The notes under the pieces: model-generated
The model's database searches: none
Told to the model about the DNA's origin: nothing
What the model saw: only the letters and a program-made list of their open reading frames with translations
In this document: positions 37,400 to 49,784 of the stretch, in pieces
How the letters are laid out: each line of letters opens with the position of its first letter
Numbering within the stretch: position 1 is the first letter of the stretch
DNA from: Vicugna vicugna
Taxonomy: Eukaryota
DNA: 64,000 bases
Reading direction: 5' to 3'
Assembly: GCA_013265495.1 (NCBI GenBank)
Contig: MU058384.1
Location: 3,385,010 to 3,449,009 of the forward strand
Position numbers and translations under genes: made by a program

Positions 37400-37980
37400 A
37401 ATAATAAAACAAATGAAATAAATACCTGATGCAAGGAGTTTTTCTTAAAAAAAACAAATTAAATAGAAAAAAGACAGAAGAAATAAATTTAAACGATAAA
37501 AGGAGGTATGACTGAGATATGAAAATGTTTTAAAAAGTAGAACATGTAACTAATCACAAAATCTGTTTCCTCGAAAAAAATTTTAAAGATAAATAATAGA
37601 TAACTTAACTAAAATAAGAAAACAAGGGACAAAATATCACTACACAAAATAGGAAATTATAAAAGAGATACCAGAGAAATGGGCAATTTGTTCATCATAA
37701 AGGAATAATTTGTTCAACCCTCTGCAAATAAACATAAAAGCATGAAGTGGACACTCTTCTAAAGAAAATATGATTTATAGAAACTGAATCTAGAAGAGAT
37801 AGAAAAATCTAAGACTAATGATCATAGAAGAATTAGAATTATTAGGAAATGGCCAAAGAAACGCTATGCCTATGTACCTCCACGTGCTGCCCAGAAGAGC
37901 ATCCAGATTATTTCTCAGGGAAATCTCTCTAACCTTCAAGGAGCAGGTAATTCCCAGGTCACACAGATTAATTTGTCCAA
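37400..37980 (+). mobile_element. Highly degraded LINE-1 ORF2 remnant
   Basis: A-rich; tgcaaataaa...tgaagtggacactcttcta...gaagagatagaaaaatct. Confidence 0.55.
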
Positions 37981-38194
37981 CTGAAGGGTTGGCAACAGCG
38001 CCACACGATGTGGTAAAGGGCAGTGTTGCCTGTGTCTGACTGAACCACAGTGACTTCAGAGATCAGAGAATCTCAGCCCTCTCCCACCAGGACCCCCAAC
38101 CCCCGACCATAAAAAACAGAGAAGAGTCTTCCTGTTCTTTTAACTTGAGTCTTGCAAATTCATGCTGACTGCTACTACCACATTTCTTTTCACT

Positions 38195-38900
38195 GATTCA
38201 TTTAATAAGCATTATGTGCTTACCCTATGCTGGGCATCCTTCCTAAGGGAAGCAGTGAATAAAACATACAACGTACCTGATCTCATGGAACTTATATTCT
38301 AGTTGGGGAGGTAGACAACAAGAATGAATTAAAACAGAGTCCATCAAGTGATAAGTATGATGGAGAAAAATTAAGCAGATAAAAGGGTGGGGCTAAAAGC
38401 TGCCACGTTGGGTAGCCATGAAGGAATTCACTGATAAGATAATATCCCAGCTGAGTCATGAGGGAATGAGCCTGGATGTCCCAGGAAGAGCATTCAAGAA
38501 TGGACAGTTAATAAAAGGTTCCAGTGTGGGATGTGCACAGTGTGTTTGAGAAAACAGCAAGAAGGCCATCAGGGCTGGAGCACTTCAGGTCAGGAAAAAA
38601 GTTAGGAGATGCATTTAGAGGAATAGAGCCAGATTATATAGTGCCTCATAGGTGGCTATAAGAATTTTGACTTTTATGTGGGAGAAATGGGAAGACATTG
38701 GAGGATTCTGAGCAAAGGCTCTGATCTAAAAGGTACACTCGGCCTGTCAGAGAGGACAGAGGCAGAGGCAGGAAAATGAGGCTGTGGCCACAACCCAGGC
38801 AAGAGATGATGGTGGCAAGGACCCAAGTAGGTGCAGTGGAGGGAGTGACAACCAGCTGGACTCTGGTTATGCCATGAAAATCTTTCCAGAGTCAGAGCAA
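38195..38900 (-). mobile_element. LINE-2 fragment
   Basis: gcagtgaataaaataca...tcatggaacttatattctagttgggg...cagcaagaaggcca...attggaggattctgagca. Confidence 0.75.
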
Positions 38901-39774
38901 TGTACAGGCATGTGCTAGTGGTTGGGCGTGAAGATTGGTTACACCCAACAGAGTTTTTGAGGTCAGTAAAAGACCAGATCAAGAACAGTCAAAGAAAAAT
39001 CAATAGCATCTTTTATTCAGGACAATATGAGTGAAGGGCAGAAAACATTATTTAATGAAGCCCCAAGTCCTATGAATGGAGATTTTTAAATAATGTATTA
39101 GTGTACATAGTCCAAAAATTAATCAAGACTAAACTTGATCAGATTGGTCATTGTTCTTATTGCCGGTACTTGAACAATGAAGTTCCTTTTTTTTTTTTCC
39201 TGAATTGAAGTCCATAAGCTATTTTACAATGCATAGCAATTATTTCCAGAATGTGGAAGTGCTCAAAGGTCACAAGTATTACTCAGTAGAGTTATTGAGG
39301 GCCCAGCTGATAAGAGTTTCCCAGTTGTGGGTACTACAGGTATGTGATTCTCCATAGGTCTGAGGAGAAGAGTGGTGTCCAAGTTATAATCTGTGATGGA
39401 ACTTTAAAAGATATCTCGCTGCTAACTCAATCATAGAATGAGGGAAAGGGTATGGAGCAGAAACCCAGTCCATCTGACCCCCTTGGATAAACCCCACTGA
39501 AGTCATCCAGAACACCAGTTTTGAAACACTTTTCTTAAGAGAATGAGGAACATGTAGTCCTTCATTACCAAGACCTGGCTGAAGATGTTGTTGGCCCCCA
39601 AGGACTGGCACTCCCACACACCTAGCCCAGCATCTGGCATACAGCACGTGCTCAGTGAAGATTTGCTTGACTGAATAAACAAAGGAATGACTGGCTGAAT
39701 CTTCTCTGACATCATTCTCTCTCTTTACAGAATGAATATTACAAGTGGAGAACAAGGCATTGTGACTTTTTTTA

Positions 39775-40118
39775 GGATTTGGTTTTTTTTAAATTGAAGT
39801 ACAGCTGATCTACAATGTTGTGCTAGTTTCTGGTGTGTTAGAGTCAATTATACATATATATATATATATATTCTTTTTCACTTTAGGTTATTATAAGACA
39901 TTGAGCATAGTTCCCTGTGCTACACAGTAGGTCCTTGTTTATCTATTTCATATACAGTAGTTTGTATCTGCTGATCTGAAACTCCTAATTTATCCCTCCC
40001 TGCCTATCCTCTTTGGTAACTAAAGTTTGTTTTCTATGTCTGTGAGTCTGTTTCTGTTTTGTAAATAAGTTCATTTGTGTCATTTTTTTAGATTTCACAT
40101 ATAAGTGATATTATATGA
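39775..40118 (-). mobile_element. LINE-1 3' end
   Basis: aattgaagtacagctgatctacaatgttgtg...atagttccctgtgctacacagtagg...tttctatgtctgtgagtctgtttctgttttg. Confidence 0.85.
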
Positions 40119-40965
40119 TGCTGAGAAGGCTAGGCGACAGGGGGCACCCAGATGGTGCAAAGAGAACCTAAGATAGGCTGCATATTTCTTCTTTAAAAGC
40201 CTAAGTCAGCTGAGAAGCAATGGAAACTTCACCTGGAGGAAATAAGGAGTTTAGATTCAGAAGCCTGATCCAGCGCAGAGGTGTTGAAAAACGTGTTAGC
40301 TCCACAAACCCCTGCATCCTGCTCCAGCAGGGTACCTACTTCCCTCTGTAGAAGTTGGCTTCAGGAAGGTAGGGCAATGTCTATTTTATTTGCTGCTTGT
40401 ATCCTTGCTGCAGAGAACAATGTCTGGCACATGGCAGGGCAACAAATATGTTACTGAATGAATGAATGGGTACTGCTCAACAACCATCACAATTTCTTAC
40501 TAAAAGGGGCGATTCTACCAAGAATGTGAAAGCAGTTACCCAAGAAGAAAAAGAAATCAGAATATATTTCTTCTTTTGACCCAAAAATCCTCTTTTAAAA
40601 AAATCTTTTTTATGACTTTCTTGTGCTTTTATGTATAATTTTGGTGCCTCTAAAAACATGTGGTTAAAAAATGTTGGTAAGAAAACTGATGTAGTGAATC
40701 ATGGGCAAAGAACAGATGACCTAGTTCGATTAGATTTCCAAGAAGATATGAAAAAGCTTTGATGTCGTTCGAAATGATTGTTCTCCGCCTTCATCCTTTT
40801 AAGGAATTACTTGGTTTGATGGGCTCAAAAGCTTTATCAGATTGCTGGAAGCTGAGGGTGGGCGTGTAAAAGGCAGAGGCATTAGCTGAGTGGGGCCCAG
40901 GGCCCCGTGGATTGGGAAGGTGGAGGAGGACAGCGAGAGGAGAGGCTGCAAGGAAGGCCGTGTCT

Positions 40966-41081
40966 GCGGCGGGGCGGGGCCGCGGCGGGGCGGGACTGAG
41001 GAGAAGGACGGGGCCGCGGAGGGGCGGGGCCGCGGAGGGGCGGGGCCGCGGAGAAGGCCGGGGCCGCGGAGGGGCGGGGCT
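40966..41081. repeat. GC-box minisatellite of 16/16/18-bp units (50-bp higher-order period)
   Basis: GCGG(A/C)GGGGCGGGGCC units; perfect GGGGCGGGGC at 40971, 41021, 41037 and 41071, one-mismatch copy at 40987. Confidence 0.9.
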
Positions 41082-41656
41082 GCTGAGGGTGTGCAGTGAA
41101 TGCCAGAGAGGTTACTCAAGAAGCTTCCAAGAAGGAGAGAAAGGAAGAATTAACCAGAGACCCACCTGCTTGAAGCCCTGCCAGGGGCCCTGGGAGCTGC
41201 AGTCACCAAGCCCATCAATTAAAATCACCCTGTCAGCCAAGGCCTGTCCCTGGCAGCACCCCCGCCTCCTGGGGCCAAATTCCTTGAAGGCCTCACAGTT
41301 TGGTTCACTCACCCACCTGCGAGCACGTTGCACAATCCCTGGCCCTACCCTGCCTTCCAGTCTGCCAGTCCTCAGTGTTTTCCTTTCTTCTCACCTAACA
41401 AAGTTCTCAACAAAAACAAGCCTCCACATCAAAGTGACCTAACGGCAAATGGTTTTTGAAGTGATTCTTGGTCCGTATTACACCCAAACAATAAGACAGT
41501 CAAATCTATGAACAAAATGAAATTGGATTTGCTTCAAGGACCATGGTTCAAACAAAAAGGGGATGTTCGGTGGGAGGATTCTAGTTTCCTCTTCTATCCA
41601 GAGCTGTCCGCTCACTGAGGGGAACGCTGGTGTCCTGACCAGTCACACTCCCAACC

Positions 41657-41717
41657 ATGACGCCTAAACACTGCTTTCTAGGCTTCCTCCTCAGCTTCCC
41701 CCTGACAGGGGCGGTAG
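41657..41717 (+). CDS. IL22RA2: IL-22 binding protein, first coding exon (signal peptide)
   Basis: CAACCATGA start; MTPKHCFLGFLLSFPLTGAV; G|gtaagt; 61 nt; too short for the ORF track. Confidence 0.93.
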
Positions 41718-41793
41718 GTAAGTGCTTCGTTTCTTTTTACTTGCTCTCAGCTTTGTCATCTGAGTACGCTCAAGGGGACTGTTGGAAATGGTA

Positions 41794-41886
41794 TGCATGA
41801 CTGGGACATTGTGCTGTACACCAGAGGTTGACACATTGTAATTGACTGTACTCCAGTTAAAAAAAAAAGAAAGAAAAAGAAAAAAA
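41794..41886 (+). mobile_element. Short 5'-truncated LINE-1 insertion with A-rich tail
   Basis: tgggacattgtgctgtacaccaga..ttgacacattgtaattgactgtact plus A tail; perfect TSD GAAATGGTA (41785-41793 and 41887-41895). Confidence 0.85.
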
Positions 41887-42114
41887 GAAATGGTAATGGT
41901 GCTTTTCTCAGCTTTGTAAAAATTTCAGCTTTCTGCTGTCAGGAAATAATCAGAACAGACGTGGGGTCAGTTTCTCTCTGCAGCCTGAGTAACTCCATGT
42001 GGACTTAATGCGTAGCTCCTAAGGAGGAGGCACTCTAATGCAAGAAAAGGGTGCAAGAAACTCCACACGGGATGAATGAACACTGTCTCCTTAGCATTTC
42101 TTTTCTCTCAAGGG

Positions 42115-42330
42115 ACGAGATAGCATAGTGGTTACCAGTATAGCTTCCTCAGCCAGACTCTGAGTCTGGATTTCAACTCTGCCATCTTTTTATCTAGAAA
42201 AAACATGGGCAGTTGGCTTAACCACATGTGTCTCGATTGCTTCATCTGTAGAATGGGGATTATAGGTCACTGTGAGGATTAAATGAGTTCATACATGCCA
42301 AGTGCTTAGAGCTATGCCTACCACAGAACA
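42115..42330 (+). mobile_element. MIR SINE
   Basis: gcatagtggtta...tgggcagttggcttaacc...cttcatctgtagaatgggg...tgtgaggattaaatgag. Confidence 0.8.
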
Positions 42331-42619
42331 GAGACCATAAACACCATGTGAGAATTTGCTACTGGTGTTCATGGAGAGCTGTCCAAGAGCAGAGAGGATC
42401 TTACCACCCCAGGATACCTCTGAGCAAGGCCATCAGGACCCGCAGTTAACAGATGGGCACCTCTCAGTGTAAATGGCTCAAATAACTTTCCCAAGACTAT
42501 CCAGTTGCCCAGTGACTGATAACAGAACAGTTCAAGCCTCCATTTCCCAGAAATGTGTGGATTTGAATAGACAATGTCTTTGGTCTTTGTTAATACCAAG
42601 GGCTTAGTTAGCAGGATAC

Positions 42620-42800
42620 AGTGCTACCAAAATGACCTTGGCTCTGCATCCTACTAGACTTGTCACCTTGGGCAAGATACACAACTTCTTAAAGCCTCCA
42701 TTTCCCCATCTTTAAGATGCACTAATAAAAATACTTACCTTATTTGGTGGTTGTGAGAGTGAAAGATGTAAAACTTTGAGTTCAGTTCCTGATGTATATG
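42620..42800 (+). mobile_element. MIR SINE
   Basis: accttgggcaagat...aagcctccatttccccatct...ggttgtgagagtgaaa. Confidence 0.65.
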
Positions 42801-43874
42801 TCATGTTTGTACGTGTTCCGTGATTAATGAACGCCAGTCAGGCGGAGAAGGGGGAGGAGGAGGAGTATCTTCAGCCTCTCATTGCTTTGCTGCCTCCACT
42901 GGCTCCTCTTTCCCAAGGCTGTCCTCTCAGTTTGCTGTGGTAGGGGAGACTCAGACTCTGGAGGCAGAGTGCCTGGGTGCAAAATCAGCTTTGCTGCTGC
43001 TGCACCAGCGCTTTCACCTCTCCAAGGCTTGGGTTCTGGTCTGTAAGAGGAAGACCGCAAGAGTCCCTTTTTCCTAGAAAAATTGGGTGGATTCAGTGAG
43101 CTCATGCTCATAAAATCCCCCGTGTCCCATCCAGAGTGATCTGCTATTTTCCTTGATGGTGGTTACAGTGGGGTTACCAAAATGAGGGAAGAAATCTGAA
43201 GACAGATGAGATAAAGGTCATTGAACCACCTATCTTCAGGACAGCAGATCAACTCTAGGCAGGGTCTTCAGGAAATTTGTCATCTCCTGAAAGCCTCTGG
43301 AGTTTTACAGACTAAGTATGATTAACTGGGTAGTGATTGCGATAAGCAAAACCAATGGTGGCAATAGATTCTTTCCAAGTAAACATCACCACTTGATAAA
43401 CTGAAGGAAGTCCCAAAAAGTAAAAGTTAAAACAGACAAAAACAAAATAATAGTATTAACACTACTGATTAATACTATTGTGCTTTCTACTGTTGGTTAC
43501 TATTGGTTGGTAAAAACAAATACCTAAAAAAATAGCCCGTTTCATTAGAAAATAACAAATCTTGAATGTTCAGAGCTGAGATCATGGGCTTAGGAGTACT
43601 TGCTTCCATCTTAACAATATTTGAGTAAAGACTTGAGAATGTGAAGAAATGAGGCATGTGGAAATCCAGGGAAGAGAGTTGTAGGAAAAAGGAAAGGCCA
43701 ATTCCGAGATTTGGGAGGGGACCTCCCCTAGCATGGCGGAGCAGGAGAAATAAGGCCACTCTGGAGAAGCCAGGGGTCGGCTGGCAGAAAATGACATCAG
43801 GGAAAAGACAGAGGATGTGCTTCCTGACTCCTCCTTCTGGCCACCTGCCTTTCCCTTAGCAGAAATTTCAGACC

Positions 43875-44454
43875 TGCCAGGGAGGCAAAGCTTTGCTTCT
43901 GACCATTTTAGGTTTTCAGCTGGGACTGTGGTGAGTTTTTTTGTTTGTTTAACTTACACAATGTTACATGTCCAATTTATTCAATAAAAAAGATCAACTG
44001 GGACTCTAACAAAAAAGTCAGATTAACAAGGAAACAGTTTATTAAGGTGTGCAGCACACAACACTGGGGGAACTTAAACAAAGAGAAACTCATAATGACA
44101 GCTTAGAACTCTGGCTTGTGTGGCATCTTCAACAGAGAACAACACAACCATAGGAACAAGACAGGACAAAGGAAAGCAATCTTCGGCTTCCAAGGGTGGC
44201 AGTCTATTAGGAAAGTAAATCTGTGGGAGGAAACTAATGAAATAAGTTTTATTTGCAGATCCTTCTAGTGTCTTCTCTGGGCTGGCAAGAGACTATCTCC
44301 AGTAAAAGGAGAATTTATGTCCTGCCTTTAGGCAGAAAAGAGGGGAGGTTGAGAGAGCTTTTCCCACCTTTGTTGCTGCTTAATTGCCTTCAGCTCAAAA
44401 TCATTTTTATGTCAAAGAGGCATATTTGGGGGTAACATATTCTGGTTTCCTTCA
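43875..44454 (-). mobile_element. ERV1 solo LTR (MER34-like) with a nested L1 3' stub
   Basis: Minus strand starts TGAAGGAAACCAGAATATGTTACCCCCAAATATGCCTCTTTG; TG/CA ends with GACC/GACT flanks; nested insert 43930-43993. Confidence 0.75.
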
Positions 44455-45259
44455 GACTCTAGAATGAAATTCTGTCAAAGGTCTCTTGTGTCCAATGGAC
44501 TAAATGCAGATGAGACTGGCCTCCATGTCACATGAATTGAGCAAGAAAGCACCAGCTGTACCAGTGTGAAATTATCCCCCTTCCAAGCATGTCTCCTGTT
44601 GAGACTCTTCTCAGGCACATGAGGCCCCACGGTAGGGCCTTGGGCTGTTTCCATCCACAGCCTGGACCAGTCCCCCTGAGCCATACACCAGGTACCTGGA
44701 GCCAGGATGCAGGCAGGTGAGAGCAGCCCCTCAGGGGTGGAATAAAGCCAGGTCAGCTGAGAATGGTAGAGGGCAATGAGGCAGGACACAGAGCTGTAGC
44801 AAGAACCAGAGATAGGAGGACCGAGTCCCAGGCTGAGGTCCTGGAGGCAGAATTGATCCCAGACGACAGCTGGCCCTGGAGTAGGGGTCATGCAGGAAGG
44901 TGGGCAAGCGGCCAGGTCTGGGCCTTTCATCCCAGGCATCACACTCCATCATCACCAGGGAAGGGACCCAGGACAATATCTTTTCGCTCCTATTTCTTCC
45001 TCTCCAGCTTGGGAATGGGGTGGGAGTTTATCATTCAGCCTTTTTATAGTCTGTAACACAACTGTTCGGAAACTTTAGCATGCATCAAAATCATCACACT
45101 GAGGATTCAAAATGTTGACTTATGGGCTCCGCTCTCACCATCTGCACTTAAGAGCAGCTACTTCAGGGAATCCTGATGCAGGCATCACATTGAAAACGAC
45201 TGCTTATAACAATGGCGCTCCTACAATGCTTAGTGTTGTTCCTTTTCTTATTATTTTAG

Positions 45260-45395
45260 AAACTCAGTCAGCCCATCAGTCTCTGAAGCCTCAGCGAGTA
45301 CATTTTCAGTCCCGAAATTTTCACAACATTTTGCACTGGCAGCCTGGACGGGCTTGTACCGGCAACAGCAGTATCTATTTTGTGCAGTATAAAAT
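45260..45395 (+). CDS. IL22RA2: IL22RA2 coding exon 2
   Basis: ttttag|AA; TQSAHQSLKPQRVHFQSRNFHNILHWQPGRACTGNSSIYFVQYK; AT|gtaagt; 136 nt. Confidence 0.96.
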
Positions 45396-47792
45396 GTAAG
45401 TAATCTGAGCTGGCTCTGGCTGGTGGAGATGGCCACTGAGATTACAGCTTCTAGAATGCAGTGGAGGATTAGGATCTGAGCTTTCTTTCTCAGTTTCAGA
45501 AGGGTTGAGAAGAAGCAGAAGTCAGGGCAGGAGTGTCTTGTCTGCCCTAAATGTGACACAAAATGCATGATGATGAACACTCCTTTGGGGGAGACAACGT
45601 TATCCCTTGGAGACCCAGCACTGAGACCTTACAGGCTCAGCCTTTGGCTTCATAGCAGAGCCTGACACTCAGTAGACTCTCAATACGTATTCGTGTAGTG
45701 AATGTTAGAAGCGATTTGTTTGCACATAATAGGTACTCAATTAAATTGATGTACTATTAATAATTAAAAAAGAAGTTGCTGAACACGTGAATGTGAGTGT
45801 GTAAACTACATTTGAAATTTAAAGATCATTTTTTTAGAGTGGGCTTACTATTTGGAAAACTCCTTCCAAAAATGGATGTTTCCTGTAAGTATGAACGCAA
45901 CTTGGAACATGCCGCTGCACGTTCCTCTCGTGTGGTCCTCAGGCTAGTTCTGGTGGATCATTGCCAAAACTCAGATATAATCTACTCCTTTCCTGGATCA
46001 AGGCTTGGAAACAGAAACTTCTAATTTACAAATGGCAGATTTTCCTGCCCTTACATCCCATATGTTTCGGTGGGGGTGGGCGTGGGGACACAGGGGGAGA
46101 GTTGAGGCTGTTCCTTCTCTTACATAGTTTGAGATGATGGCTGAACATGAGACAGGAGATATTACAATTTAGCTTTTATGGTTTTTCTAGTTAGAAATTC
46201 AGAAACTCAGATGCAGCTATGGACCAAAATAGCCATTTTTATGCCATAAATTCATTCATGTCTCTCCAGCACAGGGTATGTCCAAGGTCAGATTTTTCGA
46301 TTAATCAACCTCTCCCTAACTTCATAAGGACTGTCTCCAGAAGTTTCTCAGTCTTTAACTGCTGCTGCTTTTCTCAATATATTTTGTGTAGCAACTGTAA
46401 ACTTTACAAATCTTTATAATAAAGATTTCTCCACTCCAAAAATAGATATGTGCATCGTTGGAGATGCTTCCTGCACATGAGAAGTAGAGACTGGTGATCT
46501 TTTTCTTCCTCTCCCTTACATAGCATAAATATGTCCAAAGTGGGCCTACTTATGTTCCAACATAAGAAGTGGATTAGAAGTTATTTTATCCATGAAAGTA
46601 ATGAAGATTAAACTTTGGGGTCCCCTGGAAGAATTTCATAGTTTTAATTCTTTTTCTTAAATAGGGCTCCCAAACTTGTATAAAATTCAGAATACCTGGA
46701 TCTATTCTTACCTATGTGGTAGTTTCAACAACACAATGCAGATTTATGTTTTTGAAATCTTTCACTTTGGGTCTACCCAGTTCTCGTGGGTCTACTGTTA
46801 ATATCTGTGCCATTTGGCATAGGACAAAAAAATGAGGTATTACATTAAAAGAGAAGCCATTCATCACAGCTAAATTCAGCTAGCAAAGACAGTATCTCAT
46901 CAATAAAAAACATTAAATTGTGCTCCAGGTATGTTATGATGTCTTCTAATATAATGAAACTGCTGTCATCATAGAGTTCCCAGAGTATAGGCACAAACAA
47001 CATTCCTCACTATGTGTCTAGAAAGTTATATTTCAAGTCCTTCAACAAGTATTTTGGAAGCTTTTCTCCCAGCCTCTAATTCCTGCTTGTGCCCACCACC
47101 ATCTTACTGTTTTTTTCTCTGATTTGTAACCGGTAAGGAGGGGAAGTATGAATCTTCCCTTTGGCTGTTGCATCACCCCACAGTCTTCAGCTGAATCAGC
47201 CTAGCTGGCTCTTTGCCTCATTACCTTTGCTTCGTGGGCACTCCTCCCTTTCTCCCAGCCTCTAGCTGCAAACTCCTTATATAGCCCTCACTACAACGCC
47301 CCTTCCCCCCAACCCCGTTTGTCAAAAAGGAGACCGACCTTACTTGTTGGGCAAGCATCACCTGAGATGAAAAGTGGTAGCAACTTCTCAGAATCAGCCA
47401 CATGACTCAACAACTAGCTGATGAGAAGTGAAGAAAACCATAAGCAGTTGAAACCTCAGGAACATTAAGGATGTGGAGAGCTCATACTCAAAAAAATGGA
47501 AGTTGGTTCAGACGTCAGAAGAAAACCTTCACTAAGTACTAAAAAACCCCAAATCCTTACGCTAGAAATAGAGAAGTTATCAGACTTGAGTTTATCTTTC
47601 ATCAAGATAACATTTTAATTAACAGAAAGGAAAAATTTTTAAAACATACTTAAGAGTAGCTGTCAACTTTCACAGTGGTACTGATATTGAAGGACAGATT
47701 GCAACCAGTCTAAAAAATCGACAGACTGAAAAAATTGAAGACTCTTTCAGTGAAATAAAGGAACTCAGAGCTTTGTCTTTTCCTTTCTACAG

Positions 47793-47971
47793 GTATGGAC
47801 AGAGACAATGGAAAAATAAAGAGGACTGTTGGGGTATTCGCGAGTTCTTTTGTGACCTTACCGATGAAACGTCAGAGATATGGGAACCTTATTACGGGAG
47901 AGTGAGGACGACCTTGGCTGGGATCCACTCAGGCTGGACCATGACACAGCGGTTCACTCCCTGGTGGGAAA
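47793..47971 (+). CDS. IL22RA2: IL22RA2 coding exon 3
   Basis: ctacag|G; YGQRQWKNKEDCWG...CDLT...EPYYGRVR...RFTPWWE; A|gtgagt; 179 nt. Confidence 0.96.
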
Positions 47972-49784
47972 GTGAGTTCTGTGGACTTTCGTAGCATTTG
48001 CTCTCCCTGACTTAAAATAGCCCTCACAGAGCATGGCTAGCTACCTGGCCCTCTTTTTTGCTGAGGGCCACTCCACCATCTCATTTGATCTAACTCTCAG
48101 AACGACTCTAGCAAATGGCTCTTACTATTCCCCTTTCACAGCCCAGGAAATCACAAGCCTTCAATAGCAACCCTGGTCTCACATCTTGTATTCCCCCAAG
48201 TCAGCGTTCACATTTGGTTGCATCCAACTGCAGAGCTGACACGCTATCCCACTGCTGAGATGTTGCCTCCTAGAAAAAAGAAGTCTCTTTAGATAGCAGA
48301 AAAGGAGTCATATTGCCCTTCCTGAGCATGAGAGTCAAGTTCCTGAAAATACACATTAGAAGGATTTTTTGTTGAAGAAATTAAGAATTTTAATTACCTC
48401 TCCAAAAGGGAAGAACCAGAGTGCTCTCTTGTATTCATTTCTCAATGATGTATATTCTTCTTCTAGTTTATTCATAATCTCAAAATAATATATTATAGCC
48501 TATGGTTCAAATTATGAAAGAAACCATTACCAATAGACTTTATGGAAAATAGTAGACAAAAGGTATGGGGAAAAAAAAAGAAAGTGTTTAAAGTATATGT
48601 ACAAAGATATGCAAAACAAAACCAAGTAGAAAATACAGGTATTTATTACAGTCTTCACTATTGCAACTCATCATGAAGCTGTAGTTAATATTTATAATTT
48701 TTTTCCTCATTATTAACTCAACATTTGCTTTCTTTTCACTCAGCACCTCAACCGTACATTCTCAAGGAGTTTGAGTCTTTTTGATCTTTCCTGTATTAGC
48801 ATAACATAGTCTTATATTAGTTTTTATCACTGAATATAGGAGTTCTAAGGGGCACCCCAGAGGATGCCAAGCATACTTGACCCTGTTGTATATATAACAA
48901 CTCTATTTCCCTTTGAGACTCAGAACCAGTCACCCTAGATGACACAAGGAGCTCATTTTCTCCTTGTTGGTTAAATGGTATAAGGAACTCCAGACTGTCC
49001 AGAGGCTGCCTCAACTTCCTATTCTTGAAAACCACTGTTGTTATAACCCAGAAGAATTAAGAATCAAGTGTATGGGGAACAAACCATTTGATGAGTCGTT
49101 CACTGTGTTTAATAGTGAGAATTGCCCCTCCTGCCTCCACTTCTTGTATCCTAGACCATGAATTCCATCTATGGAAGAAATAGCACCATACATTTGATAT
49201 AAGGTTAGAGAATATACCAATTCAAATTTCACCTCTCAAAATATTGTCTCTCACACTGAGTTTTCAATTATCTACTCTACCTTCCTATCAAGTCAAGGGG
49301 TTCTGAGTGATGGGGTATATTATATGGTAAGGCCAAATATTCCTGTGGATATGAGACCACTTCTTCCATGTTGACCTAGATTTTCTGTCATAAGCAATAT
49401 ATTGTGGAGTACTATGTTCATGAACAAGGCATTTGCTATATCTATGGTGAGGAGTGAACATGGGGACTGCTGATAAAAGCATTGAAGCAGGAAAAACAAA
49501 TGCAAAATCAGGAAAGTATCTATTCCAGTGTCTCTTGTCCCCTCCCTATTGGAAGGGATCAAAAAAATATGCTAAATAAAATGAACTCACTGGGAGTTCA
49601 GCACCAGTCCTTTTTACTGGGAAATTGGACACACTGCAGTGTTGGTCCAGTCTTGGCAAGCAGAAGTCCATATTGTCAAGTATGTATGGCTTCCACTCCT
49701 TTCAACATAACCACTTTGTTCTGAGCCTGTTGAGCAAGTACAGGACACCAGGGAAACAGGTTCTCACTGCCTCCATCCAGATTT

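Noticed and set aside
40799..41442. Overlapping Gly/Arg/Pro-rich ORFs up to 176 aa
   Set aside because: Products of the GC minisatellite with non-ATG or weak starts and no homology I recognise
43449..43479. 11-bp AT-only-rich inverted repeat (AATAGTATTAA / TTAATACTATT)
   Set aside because: Short and AT-rich; too small for a MITE or pre-miRNA
45396..47792. Equivalent of the LTR-derived alternative exon of human IL-22BP isoform 1
   Set aside because: No matching LTR or exon seen in this intron; absence is expected outside primates
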